Of a stretch of 49,763 bases of DNA, positions 8,994 to 19,344 are shown piece after piece. Location of the stretch: IMG/VR virus record IMGVR_UViG_3300028588_000812. One strand, written 5' to 3'. The first letter of the stretch is position 1; each line of letters starts with the position of its first letter. The stretch is from an uncultured virus (IMG/VR IMGVR_UViG_3300028588_000812). Taxonomy: Duplodnaviria; Heunggongvirae; Uroviricota; Caudoviricetes. Both the position numbers and the translations under genes were made by a program. The notes under the pieces were generated by a model. The model was not told where the DNA came from, did not search any database, and was given only the letters and a program-made list of their open reading frames with translations.

Positions 8994-10295
8994 TTATCTT
9001 TCCCAGAGTGCATCGTCGTTGACGAGTACAACAAGGTTTTGAACAGCAGGGTAATTTTTTAGAACATGTAGGTGACGTGCACGAGCTTTATCTACTGTTT
9101 CAATGAAAACTACTTCACCTTTTTCAATAAAAGATGACTGCGCTGGAACAAGAGTTGTGTTTGTTTCTACTTGTGGTTTGTTGTCTTCTGTGTAGTGAAG
9201 TTGTCCAATGAATTCATCAAACCTGTTGTATAGGTGGTATGAAGTTTTTTCTCCACCTACACTCTTTTTACCACCAGCAGATTTCTTTGCAACGCTAACC
9301 ATGTTACCATCAGCAGCTTCAACACTGACAAGCTTGTATACTAGACCTGAGGCAACATATCCACCACCAGTTGAAACTGCGGTACCTACACCGTAGGAGT
9401 CAACTGGAATGTTCTTTGCTGTGAGAGCTTGTAGTGTTTCTTCATCAAGGTCACCAGAAAGAACAATTTTAGTTTCGGTAGCACCAAGCTCATCAAGTTG
9501 TTTACGTACGGCAGGGATGATAACGAATGGGTCACCAGAGTCAATACGTACAGCACCAAGTTCAGTACCGGCTGCTTCAATGGCGTTAATGACACCTTGC
9601 TCAATGTCATAGGTGTCTACAAGCATTGTGGTTTTTGTACCAAAGGCAACAACTTGCGCTTTGAAAGCTTCAAGCTCGGTAGGGAATGCTAGCGTGAAAG
9701 CGTGAGCGGACGTTCCGTATACTGGAATACCGTAACGGCGTCCTGCTTCAAGGTTGCTTGTAGCGTTAAATCCGCCAATGTATGCGGAGCGCGCAGCTAC
9801 TACAGCGGCATCTTCGTTAACTCGACGTGAGCCGAATTCCATTAGGTTTGCACCTTTGGATGCTTCGTACATGTGTGATGCGGCGGAAGCTACAGCGGTG
9901 TCGTAATTGAAGATTGAAAGTAGGAGTGTTTCTAGAATAACACCTTCACCTAGGGTTGCTTCAATGGTAAGCAAAGGTGCGTAAGGTAGCCAGTAGTCGC
10001 CTTCACGGTAACCTTTGACGTTACCTGAGAACTTGTAGTTACGAAGGTATTCAATAGTTTCAGCACTAAGGTGCTCTTCAAGATATTCTAGGTCAGTTTC
10101 AGAGAATGTGAAGTTGATAATAGCATCAATTGCACGCTGTGTCCCAGCTACAACACCATAGCTGCGAGTTTCAGGTAGTTTACGCCCAAATAGTTCAAAT
10201 ACAGCCTTTTTGTCTTGTGTACCTGACTTAATGAATGCTTCTAGCATTGTAAGCTCGTACTTGTCGGTCTTTAGGCCGATGTGGGTGTCAGTCAT
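8994..10295 (-). CDS. pncB: Nicotinate phosphoribosyltransferase
   Basis: TDKYELTM, EFGSRR, ATSNLEAG, GTSAHAF, LVDTYD, VRIDSGD, VYKLV motifs. Confidence 0.92.
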   Translation of the reverse strand: MTDTHIGLKTDKYELTMLEAFIKSGTQDKKAVFELFGRKLPETRSYGVVAGTQRAIDAIINFTFSETDLEYLEEHLSAETIEYLRNYKFSGNVKGYREGDYWLPYAPLLTIEATLGEGVILETLLLSIFNYDTAVASAASHMYEASKGANLMEFGSRRVNEDAAVVAARSAYIGGFNATSNLEAGRRYGIPVYGTSAHAFTLAFPTELEAFKAQVVAFGTKTTMLVDTYDIEQGVINAIEAAGTELGAVRIDSGDPFVIIPAVRKQLDELGATETKIVLSGDLDEETLQALTAKNIPVDSYGVGTAVSTGGGYVASGLVYKLVSVEAADGNMVSVAKKSAGGKKSVGGEKTSYHLYNRFDEFIGQLHYTEDNKPQVETNTTLVPAQSSFIEKGEVVFIETVDKARARHLHVLKNYPAVQNLVVLVNDDALWER

Positions 10296-10380
10296 GTTTC
10301 CTTCTTGTTGGTTAGCGAGCGTAGAAGTAACCTCGCTGATGATTAATTACTTTTACTATACCATATTAATTGGTGAAATG

Positions 10381-11010
10381 CTAGTAGACGGTTGATGAGA
10401 TATACATTTCGTATGTATCTACACCAGCTTCGTCAGTGTATTTGACGTAGCTTACCTCGACAATTGCAGGGTTGTCTGGGGTGTCTGTATCTTCATAAAT
10501 TTTGAAAGCAGTAAGAACTTCACTTTCTTCAAAAGCAGCATCATCTGACTGAACGTAAGTCCATGGGGCACTAGTGTCTGTTTTAAGTTTTTCTACTATT
10601 TGTTTAAGGAACTCTGAGTTAACATTGTAATCAAAGCTTCCATCAATGTTAGTTACAGCATAAATTGCAACTGTTGCGGCTGTACCTGTGCTGTCTTGGT
10701 CACTTGTGTTAGGTGTAACTAATGTTGCATTAGTTTTTTCTTCACCAATTTGTTCTTTAACATTTGACATTAATGCGTCAAAGAATGTTTGGGTTGTGTT
10801 TGCTGCTACTGTTTGTTTTTCTTCAACTGTTAGCTCTGTGGGAGCATCTGTAGAAGTTTCTGTTGGTGCTGGCTCAGATGTTGTATCAGGAGGCGTTTGT
10901 TTTTCTGTTCCGTTGAAAGCATTAGTTGCAAAAGCAATTCCTACAATAATTGCGATTGTAATGAAAGCAATGATAATTGCTGTTAAACGTCTTTTAGTAG
11001 AAATTTTCAA
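10381..11010 (-). CDS. Membrane-anchored acidic Thr-rich protein
   Basis: N-terminal TM helix and PT-rich linker. Confidence 0.7.
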   Translation of the reverse strand: MKISTKRRLTAIIIAFITIAIIVGIAFATNAFNGTEKQTPPDTTSEPAPTETSTDAPTELTVEEKQTVAANTTQTFFDALMSNVKEQIGEEKTNATLVTPNTSDQDSTGTAATVAIYAVTNIDGSFDYNVNSEFLKQIVEKLKTDTSAPWTYVQSDDAAFEESEVLTAFKIYEDTDTPDNPAIVEVSYVKYTDEAGVDTYEMYISSTVY

Positions 11011-11336
11011 TGTGTTGGTCCGTATGAGTTGAGTATTTGTTTATCTAATTCTGTAGGTAAAATGAAGATGCCTTTATCTGTGCCACCTTCTGGGAAGATA
11101 TCTGCTTCTTTTTGGAAGAGTTCTTTTTCTAAACCTTTTGGTATGATATCGCCTTGCTCTTCATGTAGTTTAAGGTGATGTAGAATTCTGTGTACGCTGT
11201 AAGCGTGATATGGGTAAATAGCTGCATAGACGTTAGCTGGATTTAAAGCACAACCTCCGCAGCTAATACGATCATGACTGTATGTAAGTTGAATTTTTGG
11301 GTAACCAATAATAATACGGTTTTCATTTAGCTGCAT
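11007..11336 (-). CDS. Hypothetical protein with Cys/His cluster, probably leaderless
   Basis: CGGC...HLKLH; TGATATTAT 6 nt before the ATG. Confidence 0.65.
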   Translation of the reverse strand: MQLNENRIIIGYPKIQLTYSHDRISCGGCALNPANVYAAIYPYHAYSVHRILHHLKLHEEQGDIIPKGLEKELFQKEADIFPEGGTDKGIFILPTELDKQILNSYGPTH

Positions 11337-11428
11337 ATTTCAATAATATCATAAATTGCTTTTATTATAGGTCTTTGGTATACTTGTAAAAGATTTGTTT
11401 TTGCTTAATAAATACTTAAAGGATTTTT

Positions 11429-12115
11429 ATGATTTCAGATAGATGGAAAGATTACGATATTACCCCTCATTATGCGAGGGATGATAATGATGCATATTCT
11501 TTGCCTGTTGTAGTTCGTGTGGAACGTAATGTGGATTATTCGGAAGAAGATGCATTCCTTGCTGTATCTGCTGCTATTACTAATTTGTTCTCTGAGAATT
11601 CAAAAAGCGAAGAATGGAATAGCAGTGTTGAGGCTTGGATGAGAGGGCGCATTCGTAAAATTGTGCGCAAAGCTCGTGGTGCTGCTTGGGATAAGCTTTT
11701 TGAGCTTGACCATATTTATGCGAAACATAATAATGTTGAGGTCATGATTTTTGCCCCTCATCGTTTGGATGAACCTTTGCCTGCTGAAATTAAAAAGCTA
11801 CAGGTTCAAGGTATTGATTTTGTTCCTGCTTCACCTACCTCTGGCTCTGGTACAAGACTTGGGGTTGCTGTTAACCCTGATATCAAAATGAGTACAGGTA
11901 AAACGTTAGCTCAAGTTGGTCATGCTGTCCAGATTGCCATTTTACAGGCTGATGCTTCTATTTGGGATAAATGGTTTGTTGATTCCCTTTGGAAGGTTTC
12001 AATTGAGCCTTGGGATACTATGCCTGATAACTCTTTTGATGTTATTGATGCTGGTTTAACTGAAATTCCTGCTGGTAGTTTAACTGTAAAAAGTTTTTGG
12101 TTTCTAGATAAGTAA
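11429..12115 (+). CDS. Pth2-family peptidyl-tRNA hydrolase (actinobacterial long form)
   Basis: GRIRKIVRKARG, MSTGKTLAQVGHA, VIDAGLTEIPAGSLTV. Confidence 0.85.
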   Translation: MISDRWKDYDITPHYARDDNDAYSLPVVVRVERNVDYSEEDAFLAVSAAITNLFSENSKSEEWNSSVEAWMRGRIRKIVRKARGAAWDKLFELDHIYAKHNNVEVMIFAPHRLDEPLPAEIKKLQVQGIDFVPASPTSGSGTRLGVAVNPDIKMSTGKTLAQVGHAVQIAILQADASIWDKWFVDSLWKVSIEPWDTMPDNSFDVIDAGLTEIPAGSLTVKSFWFLDK

Positions 12116-12119
12116 TGTA

Positions 12120-12166
12120 AAACAAAAGTCCCCACCAAGTATCAAACTTGGTGGGGACTTTTGTTT
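12120..12166. terminator. Bidirectional terminator
   Basis: aaacaaaagtccccaccaagt-atcaa-acttggtggggacttttgttt. Confidence 0.85.
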
Positions 12167-13037
12167 ATCCTGCCATTGAACGTAAACGCTCAATTCTTTC
12201 TTCAATTGGTGGATGTGTTGCTGTCACGCGTGTAAACCAGTTTTGTTTTCTTTTGCGTTCTGGTGATTCAAAGAATAACATTGTTGTTGATGTGGAGGTT
12301 TTTAAGGACGCTCCACTGTAGTTACTGATTTTACTTAACGCAGAGGCTAAACCTTCTGGGTATCTTGTAATTTCAGCACCTGTTGCATCAGCAAGGTATT
12401 CTCGTTCTCTTCCTGCGGCTGCTGCTAACAAATGGGATACTGGCCATACGATTAGTAAGATTACACCTGCCACAAGAAGCAACGGTACAGCGTTCTTGTC
12501 TCTTCCAGCGAAGAAGACCATACGGATTGATAGGTCTACTAGAAGAGCAATTGCAGCTACCATTGCGAAAACAATGGTTTTAAATCTTACATCATAGTTT
12601 TTGATGTGACCCATTTCGTGAGAAATGACACCTTCTAACTCTTGTTTATCTAAAGTGTTTAGAAGTCCAGTTGTAAATCCTAGAATTGAATCTTCGGGAT
12701 TTCTTCCTGCTGCGAAAGCATTTGGTGCGGAATCATCTATTATGTAAATTGAAGGCGTAGGAATTCCTACTGTGATTGCCAAATTTTCTACAAGACGGTA
12801 TAAACGTGGATTTTCTTCTTTGTCCATTGGTTTGGCACGCATCATCAATACTGCTAGTTTGGAACTGAAATAGTATTGAATAATGATGTAAACAATGACA
12901 CCAATGATAATCCACATGCTTACCATGTAGTTGTCTGTGGCGAAACCTACTGTAGCTCCGATTAAAGCAAATAGAAGACCAAATCCAAGCATAAAGAAGA
13001 AACTGTTACGTTTGTTTCTACTTATTTGCTGGTACAA
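12165..13037 (-). CDS. htpX: HtpX/M48 membrane zinc metalloprotease
   Basis: PNAFAAG, HEMGH, REREYLAD, THPPIEERI. Confidence 0.92.
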   Translation of the reverse strand: MYQQISRNKRNSFFFMLGFGLLFALIGATVGFATDNYMVSMWIIIGVIVYIIIQYYFSSKLAVLMMRAKPMDKEENPRLYRLVENLAITVGIPTPSIYIIDDSAPNAFAAGRNPEDSILGFTTGLLNTLDKQELEGVISHEMGHIKNYDVRFKTIVFAMVAAIALLVDLSIRMVFFAGRDKNAVPLLLVAGVILLIVWPVSHLLAAAAGREREYLADATGAEITRYPEGLASALSKISNYSGASLKTSTSTTMLFFESPERKRKQNWFTRVTATHPPIEERIERLRSMAG

Positions 13038-13046
13038 TTATTTTCC

Positions 13047-13619
13047 TTAGAAGTTTAGTGTTGGAGGTTCTTCAATTGCGCGACGGTCTTCAACCTCAAA
13101 GAATTCTGCTTCTGTGATTTTTGAACGCTTAGCAATTACGCTTGAAGGGAATTGTTGGATTTTTGTGTTTAGGTCACGTACAGAACCGTTGTAGAAACGA
13201 CGAGAAGCCATAACTTTGTCTTCTGTGTCAGTGATTTCCTCTTGTAGGTTAAGGAAGTTCTGGTTAGCTTGTAGTTGAGGGTAAGCTTCTGCTACAGCGA
13301 ATAGGCTCTTCAATGCGCCTTGCATTTCGCCTTCTGCGCGAGCAGCAGCTTCTGGACCTTGTGAAGTAGCGCTAATAGTAGATGCACGAGCTTCGGTTAC
13401 TTGACGGAAAACGCCTTCTTCGTGCTTAGCGTATGATTGTACTGTTTTTAGTAAGTTAGGTAGTAAATCTGCACGACGTTTTAGTTGTACGGTAATTGTG
13501 CTCCATGCTTCTTCAACTTGTACTCTAGATTTTACTAGACTGTTGTGAATTGCAATACCGGCAAACACAACAATTGCTGCGATAACTACTAATACAATAA
13601 TTGCAATTAATAATCCCAT
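13047..13619 (-). CDS. lemA: LemA family protein
   Basis: LKRRADLLPNL, AVAEAYPQLQANQNF, RRFYN; upstream of htpX as usual. Confidence 0.95.
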   Translation of the reverse strand: MGLLIAIIVLVVIAAIVVFAGIAIHNSLVKSRVQVEEAWSTITVQLKRRADLLPNLLKTVQSYAKHEEGVFRQVTEARASTISATSQGPEAAARAEGEMQGALKSLFAVAEAYPQLQANQNFLNLQEEITDTEDKVMASRRFYNGSVRDLNTKIQQFPSSVIAKRSKITEAEFFEVEDRRAIEEPPTLNF

Positions 13620-13658
13620 TGTTTATTCTCTTTCCTTAATTTGGTTGTTCATCCTATA

Positions 13659-13684
13659 TATCGGACAAGACTAATTATACCATT
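13659..13684 (-). promoter_or_regulatory. Tandem TGGTATAAT (sigma-A extended -10) and CCGATA motifs upstream of lemA
   Basis: Minus strand reads aatggtataattagtcttgtccgata. Confidence 0.65.
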
Positions 13685-13759
13685 TATGTTTAAAAGCTAA
13701 CTTTTCTGTAAAACTGGTATAATCATTTCATCCCTTTTACTGAAAGAACAACTAATAAT

Positions 13760-14440
13760 ATGCCCGAAGAATTTAACTTGTCTAAAGACGTTTTGGATAA
13801 AGCTAAAACTGTAGATACTTCCAAAAGTAAAAAGAAAAGCAAGACTTTACGTTGGGTTATTTCTGGCGTCTTACTTGTAGCTATTGTTGGCGTGTTCTCT
13901 TTTAATATTAAGAACTGGTTTACTCCTAGTAACTTTAATGAGGACATTCCATTGTCAGAAAATATTTCACGTTGGGATGCTTTAAGCTGGGGAGCTAAAG
14001 GTAACTTTGAAGGTGACAATCTTGATACTAAAACTGGTGACTGGACCTTAAACACCGAAACTGGTGATTTCACTAGTAAAGAATATGACGGTTGTTCCAT
14101 GTACTTTAACCGTTTGACCGGAGACTATGGTGATTTCGGTAATGATAAGCAAGACACTGAAGCTTACACTAAGAAATTCTTTGAAGGTAAAGAACTTTCT
14201 AATAGCACTGCGTGGGTTCCTTTAAAAGGGTATGATACTCGTGGTATTGAAGTAGCTAAATCTAAGTACATTGATGAGGCCGGTAATTATTCTATGGCTT
14301 ATTACCGTCACTCTCCTTTGAACAAAGTTGTTTTCTTCGGTGTTGTGCGTTGTGCTGATGAAAGCACTTTAGAGAAAATTGCACCTACTGATGGTGATGG
14401 TTCTGAGTTAGCTGATTTAGGTATTTGGTTGAAGATTTAA
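13760..14440 (+). CDS. Membrane-anchored extracytoplasmic protein
   Basis: Basic N-terminus, one TM, two Cys; TGGTATAAT upstream. Confidence 0.75.
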   Translation: MPEEFNLSKDVLDKAKTVDTSKSKKKSKTLRWVISGVLLVAIVGVFSFNIKNWFTPSNFNEDIPLSENISRWDALSWGAKGNFEGDNLDTKTGDWTLNTETGDFTSKEYDGCSMYFNRLTGDYGDFGNDKQDTEAYTKKFFEGKELSNSTAWVPLKGYDTRGIEVAKSKYIDEAGNYSMAYYRHSPLNKVVFFGVVRCADESTLEKIAPTDGDGSELADLGIWLKI

Positions 14441-14450
14441 TTTGGACATT

Positions 14451-14486
14451 AAAATAGCCCCTCACTTAATTGTGAGGGGCTATTTT
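14451..14486. terminator. Bidirectional terminator
   Basis: aaaatagcccctcac-ttaatt-gtgaggggctatttt. Confidence 0.85.
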
Positions 14487-14512
14487 TAAGCAATTGGATA
14501 ATAGTTTAACTA

Positions 14513-14746
14513 TTAGGCGTCAATGTCTTCGCCTTCTTCGTCTTCTACTTCGATTTCAGGTGAGTAGAAGATAAGGTCTAGAATACGGTTTGAGAAGTCT
14601 ATATCTGTTTCTAGTACGTAAATCATTGCTCTTAGAACAATGGATGCACTGAGTTCGTTCTTGGCAGCATAGGTGCGAAGAAAGTTCTTTTGCTCAACAT
14701 CAAGGTCAAGACTGAAACGAACTACTCGTGGTTGGTACTTGGTCAT
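14513..14746 (-). CDS. Small ribbon-helix-helix-like DNA-binding protein
   Basis: VVRFSLDLD strand followed by two helices (SASIVLRAMI); acidic tail. Confidence 0.55.
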   Translation of the reverse strand: MTKYQPRVVRFSLDLDVEQKNFLRTYAAKNELSASIVLRAMIYVLETDIDFSNRILDLIFYSPEIEVEDEEGEDIDA

Positions 14747-14811
14747 TTTTTATGCCTTCTATCAAATCGCTTAAAATGACTATCGGCATAATTCACTATT
14801 CCAGTCTCAAA

Positions 14812-14855
14812 AAAGACAAAAAATCCCAAGATTTTTCTTGGGATTTTTTGTCTTT
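14812..14855. terminator. Intrinsic terminator
   Basis: aaagacaaaaaatcccaaga-tttt-tcttgggattttttgtcttt. Confidence 0.8.
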
Positions 14856-14865
14856 AAATTAAGCT

Positions 14866-15291
14866 TTAAGCGGCTTTCATAGCAAAACGAATAGGTGCTG
14901 GTTTGCCTGAATTAAGGCGCTCTAGGGCGTGCTCACGGGCAAAGCGCTGTCCTTGACCGGTCTTAAGACGAGTTTCAAGTTCAGTAATAAGTGCTGGGTC
15001 ACTTGCGCTGGCAATTTCATCGTTAAGTTTGCGACGACCAGTTAATGTACCGTCAACGTCACGCTGAGTATGACGCAATTCGGTTTTTACTGTTTCTAGA
15101 CGATTAGTAACAGCAGTTTTACGCTCAGATAATTTCTTAACTTCGCTGGCTTTATTCTCAGAAACTGCCTTACTGATACTTTTTTCTAGGTCATCACACT
15201 CAGCAACGTATTTACCAACACGTTTTTCGAGTTGACCCAGCCTACGACTGCTATCGTTATAGCAACGTGGGCCTGGTTGTGCTTGACACAT
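14866..15291 (-). CDS. MC..GPRC-tagged basic coiled-coil protein (141 aa)
   Basis: Start revised to MCQAQPGPRC, with RBS gaaagga upstream and GCCGATA at 15358-15364. Confidence 0.75.
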   Translation of the reverse strand: MCQAQPGPRCYNDSSRRLGQLEKRVGKYVAECDDLEKSISKAVSENKASEVKKLSERKTAVTNRLETVKTELRHTQRDVDGTLTGRRKLNDEIASASDPALITELETRLKTGQGQRFAREHALERLNSGKPAPIRFAMKAA

Positions 15292-15445
15292 AGTTTTGGG
15301 AAGTCCTTTCAAAAAGACAATATCGTAAATATTCGTCTTTTGTATCTCTAACAATGCTATCGGCGTTAAATAACAGAAAAAGACGAAATCCAATAAAAAG
15401 TTGGAAAAAATTCCACTTTTCTCCACTATCCTCCACTATAACAAA

Positions 15446-15492
15446 AAATGGTGGGGAGCCAACCAGATAAACCAGTTAACTCCCCACCATTT
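15446..15492. terminator. Terminator of dnaE
   Basis: aaatggtggggag...ctccccaccattt. Confidence 0.75.
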
Positions 15493-15500
15493 CACGTAAT

Positions 15501-18500
15501 TTACGCTTCGTTTTCAGGCGTTTCTTCCTCAGAAGTAACAGCAGGTTTCTTAGCTGTCCTCCAACGTCCAATACAAATAGCTCCAAGCAATTCCTGCATT
15601 TCTTGAATAAGAGCAGGAGAGCGTTTTACCATTACATCTAACGTTTCTTCACGAATAGCGCCTTCAGTTGATTTGATAGAAACGATTACGTTATCACCAG
15701 GTTCACCAATAGGTGGCACATGACGTTTCATTCTTCTAAAGATATCTTCCTTAGCTCTAGCCCACTGTAACTCTGTTACTTTCAAGCGAACTGACAAGTT
15801 ACCAGAAGCTGAGAACTCTAATGGTCTAACGTTATCCACAGTGAAACTGATTTCCTCATCGCGTTTACGTGAGAAACCAACAAACTGATAAACACCATCA
15901 AGTTTAAGTAAATCTTCAACTAATCGGTAGCTCTTAGGGAAAATAGCACATTCAATAGAACCAGAACGGTCTTCAAGCTTAGCAATAGCAAAGTTTTCAC
16001 CTTTCTTAGTTCTCTTTACAGCAAGAGAAGTAAGAATACCTGCAATACGGTAAGGAACTGCATTACGGTCAGGCCAACCTTCAAGAGCAGGAACAGTTTC
16101 ATCATTAAGATTACTAATTTTTACAGTAGCCATATTAGAAATATTCAAACCATCAATAGGGTGAGCAGAAACATACAAACCTAAAGCTTTACGCTCCAAA
16201 GTTAGTTTTTCCATCTTAGGGTATTCATCCATAGGAAGAACTTTGTATTCAATAATGTCATCAATATCAAACAATGACATTTGGGTTGAAGATTTAGATT
16301 TAGAAGCTTTCTGATACTGTTTAACAAGTTCAGGGATTTGATAAATCAAAGCACGACGAGAAGTACCTAATTTGTCAAAAGCGCCACCATAAGTTAAACC
16401 TTCAAGAATACGTTTGTTCACTAATGTACGTGGAACTCTTTGAAGGAAATCATCAAATGTGTTGAAGTTACCTTGTTCAGTGCGAACACTTACAATTTCC
16501 TCTGACACTGCTTCACCAATACCACGAATAGCTTTCAAACCAAACAAGATTTCTGTTTCAGAAATAGGTGTGTAATCTACTTCACTTCGTGAAACATCAG
16601 GTGGAAGAACTTTAATACCATTCAACCTTGCGTCTTCAAGATACATAGCAGTTTTATCTGTATCATCAGAAACAGAAGATAATAGAGCAGCAATGTATTC
16701 AGCAGGGTAGTTTGCTTTAAGGTAAGCTGTTACATAAGTGATTAAACCGTACCCAACAGTGTGAGATTTGTTGAACGCGTAATCAGCGAACGGAACTAGA
16801 ACATCCCAGATAGCTTTAATAGCTTCCTCAGAGTACCCATTTCTTACAGCACCATCACGGAAAGGAATATATTCTTTCTCTAGAACTTCTTTTTTCTTCT
16901 TACCCATAGCACGACGAAGGTTGTCAGCTTCACCAAGCGAATAGCCAGACATTTCACGAGCAATAAGTTGTACCTGCTCCTGGTAAATAACCAAACCATA
17001 AGTTGGACCTAAAATAGGTTCAAGAACTTTAGTTAATTCAGGGTGAATATAATCTACTTCTTGTAAACCATTCTTACGAAGAGCATAGTTAATGTGAGCA
17101 TCAACACCCATAGGGCCTGGGCGGTACAAAGATAGAAGAGCAGAAATATCACCAAAATGTGTTGCTTTCAAAATTTTAAGAAGAGCACGCATACCGCCAC
17201 CTTCTACTTGGAATACACCAACTGTGTTAGCAGCTTGAAGTAATTCATAAGTAGCAGGGTCATCCATATCACCTTGAATTAAATCTTGGATATCAATTTC
17301 AATGCCACGTGTTTTCTTAATGTTAGCAATGGCATCACGCATAATACCTAAGTTTCGCAAACCTAAGAAGTCAACCTTTAGAAGACCAATCTCTTCACAA
17401 GTAGGGTAATCCCATTGGGTAATCATGGCATCGTCGCTCTGACGCATCATCTGAGGTACAGTTTCCCATACAGGTTTAGATGAAATAATAACAGCAGCAG
17501 CGTGCACACCAGTTGAACGTACGCGACCTTCAAGTTGCTTAGCAATATCCACAACGTGACCTGCGTTACGTTCCTTTACAAGATTACGGAAACCATCAGC
17601 TTCATCGTAACGTGGTGCACCAGGTTGGTACATGTACTTCAAAGGCATAGTTTTACCGAACACAGGTTCAGGCATTGACTTAGTAAGTTCGTCACCAAGA
17701 GAGTAAGGTTCACCTAAAATACGGATGGTGTCTTTAACTGCGTTCTTAGCAAGAATTTTACCAAAAGTAACAACATAAGAAACGTGGTCGTTACCATACT
17801 TATTTTTAACATATTGAATAACACGGTCACGGTCAACATCGTTGAAGTCCATATCGATGTCGGGTGGGCTGTCACGTTCAGGGTTCAAGAACCTCTCGAA
17901 AAGCAAACCGTGCTTAATAGGGTCAGCATCTGTAATATCTAGTGAGAAAGCCAAAAGAGAACCAGCAGCAGAACCACGACCGAAACCAGTTGGTACTGGT
18001 GGTTCAGCAATAAATTTACCCCAACGTACGAAGTCAGAAACTACAAGGAAGTAGTTAGAGTAATCTTTAGGAATAATAACCCCAAGCTCTGTTTCCATGC
18101 GGTCAATGTATTCTTGTGTGTGAGCTAATGCGCCAACACGCTTTTCCATACCAGCATAAGCTTGTTCACGTAAGTATGATTCTTCTGTGTGTCCTGCTGG
18201 CAAGTCTAGAGCAGGACGTAAGCTATTGTCAGGTGCCATAGTTACATTGCAACGTTCTGCAATTTTCACAGTGTTAGATAACGCACCAGGGAATTTGTCT
18301 TCTGGGAAGATTTGAGCCATTTCTTGGTGTGACTTAACGTAATATCCGTTACCATCGAACGCGAAACGGGTTTTACCACCTTCCCCTTCTTCACGAGAAG
18401 TAGGAACACTCATCTGGCTATGTGTTGAAATACAAAGCATGTGTTCGTGAGCGTTAGCTTCACTGCTTTTGGTGTAATGGTTGTCGTTGGTTGCAAGTAA

Positions 18501-19169
18501 AGGAATATCTAAAGTTTTAGCGATTTCCATTAATGGCGCTAAAACTTTACGTTCCAAGTCAATACTCATACCGTGTTCCATGAGTTCAAGGAAGTAGTTA
18601 TCTTTACCGAAAATGTTTTGCATACGAGCCGCGAAAGCTAATGCTTCATCGTATTGACCTAAACGTAAACGTGTTTGGATTTCACCTGATGGGCAACCAG
18701 TTGTACCAATTAAACCTTCATGGTATTCTTCTAGCAAATCAATGCTAATACGGTTCTTACGGTAATAACCTTCCGTGTAAGATAACGTGTTCAACTTGAA
18801 TAGGTTCTTTAACCCCACATTATTTTCTGCAAACAAAAGCATGTGAGTGTAAGAACCTTTTGAAGATACGTCACCAGGTACACCACCGGCAAAGTAAAGA
18901 GGAACGTGATCTTTATGTGAACCAATAGAAGGAGCAACATAAGCTTCTAAACCAATGATTGGTTTAATTCCACGAGAAGTTGCTTCTTTGTAGAATTCAT
19001 ATGCGGCATGCAGGTTACCGTGGTCTGTCACGGAAACGGCAGGTTGTCCTAATCTCTGAACTTCATCTAGAAGCTCAGGAATAGTTGAGAAACCATCCAA
19101 TAAGGAATAGGTGCTGTGCGAGTGAAGGTGCACAAATGGGTCAACGGGTTGTTTATTATTGTTAGTCAT
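15501..19169 (-). CDS. dnaE: DNA polymerase III alpha subunit (DnaE1-like), no intein
   Basis: FVHLHSHSTYSLLDG PHP domain, GRGSAAGS, SPPDIDMDF, KVDFLGL, YAFNKSH, OB fold; start revised to MTNNN (RBS ggag). Confidence 0.97.
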   Translation of the reverse strand: MTNNNKQPVDPFVHLHSHSTYSLLDGFSTIPELLDEVQRLGQPAVSVTDHGNLHAAYEFYKEATSRGIKPIIGLEAYVAPSIGSHKDHVPLYFAGGVPGDVSSKGSYTHMLLFAENNVGLKNLFKLNTLSYTEGYYRKNRISIDLLEEYHEGLIGTTGCPSGEIQTRLRLGQYDEALAFAARMQNIFGKDNYFLELMEHGMSIDLERKVLAPLMEIAKTLDIPLLATNDNHYTKSSEANAHEHMLCISTHSQMSVPTSREEGEGGKTRFAFDGNGYYVKSHQEMAQIFPEDKFPGALSNTVKIAERCNVTMAPDNSLRPALDLPAGHTEESYLREQAYAGMEKRVGALAHTQEYIDRMETELGVIIPKDYSNYFLVVSDFVRWGKFIAEPPVPTGFGRGSAAGSLLAFSLDITDADPIKHGLLFERFLNPERDSPPDIDMDFNDVDRDRVIQYVKNKYGNDHVSYVVTFGKILAKNAVKDTIRILGEPYSLGDELTKSMPEPVFGKTMPLKYMYQPGAPRYDEADGFRNLVKERNAGHVVDIAKQLEGRVRSTGVHAAAVIISSKPVWETVPQMMRQSDDAMITQWDYPTCEEIGLLKVDFLGLRNLGIMRDAIANIKKTRGIEIDIQDLIQGDMDDPATYELLQAANTVGVFQVEGGGMRALLKILKATHFGDISALLSLYRPGPMGVDAHINYALRKNGLQEVDYIHPELTKVLEPILGPTYGLVIYQEQVQLIAREMSGYSLGEADNLRRAMGKKKKEVLEKEYIPFRDGAVRNGYSEEAIKAIWDVLVPFADYAFNKSHTVGYGLITYVTAYLKANYPAEYIAALLSSVSDDTDKTAMYLEDARLNGIKVLPPDVSRSEVDYTPISETEILFGLKAIRGIGEAVSEEIVSVRTEQGNFNTFDDFLQRVPRTLVNKRILEGLTYGGAFDKLGTSRRALIYQIPELVKQYQKASKSKSSTQMSLFDIDDIIEYKVLPMDEYPKMEKLTLERKALGLYVSAHPIDGLNISNMATVKISNLNDETVPALEGWPDRNAVPYRIAGILTSLAVKRTKKGENFAIAKLEDRSGSIECAIFPKSYRLVEDLLKLDGVYQFVGFSRKRDEEISFTVDNVRPLEFSASGNLSVRLKVTELQWARAKEDIFRRMKRHVPPIGEPGDNVIVSIKSTEGAIREETLDVMVKRSPALIQEMQELLGAICIGRWRTAKKPAVTSEEETPENEA

Positions 19170-19344
19170 GTTATCTTCTCCAATTCTATCACGGGGACAA
19201 AAAATACCGCATTGGAAAAGAGTAAAAAGCTGAAAATAACTTTTTACTGATGTACCAACAAGCTTGCAAAACATTTAGTTCACACTCGAAAGTGCGGCAC
19301 CGCTTGACCCAAAATTTATGTAACTAATCTATCGTCTAGAAAAG

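Noticed and set aside
15292..15426. N-terminal extensions in the ORF track (also 8873-8962, 19170-19274, 19738-19839, 37547-37771, 37677-37736)
   Set aside because: They run through promoters, terminators or neighbouring genes; downstream starts have better RBS/promoter context
19278..19310. Two tiny hairpins upstream of dnaE (cact-cgaa-agtg, gcgg-ca-ccgc) as an ncRNA or riboswitch
   Set aside because: Stems are only 4 bp and match no family I can recognise
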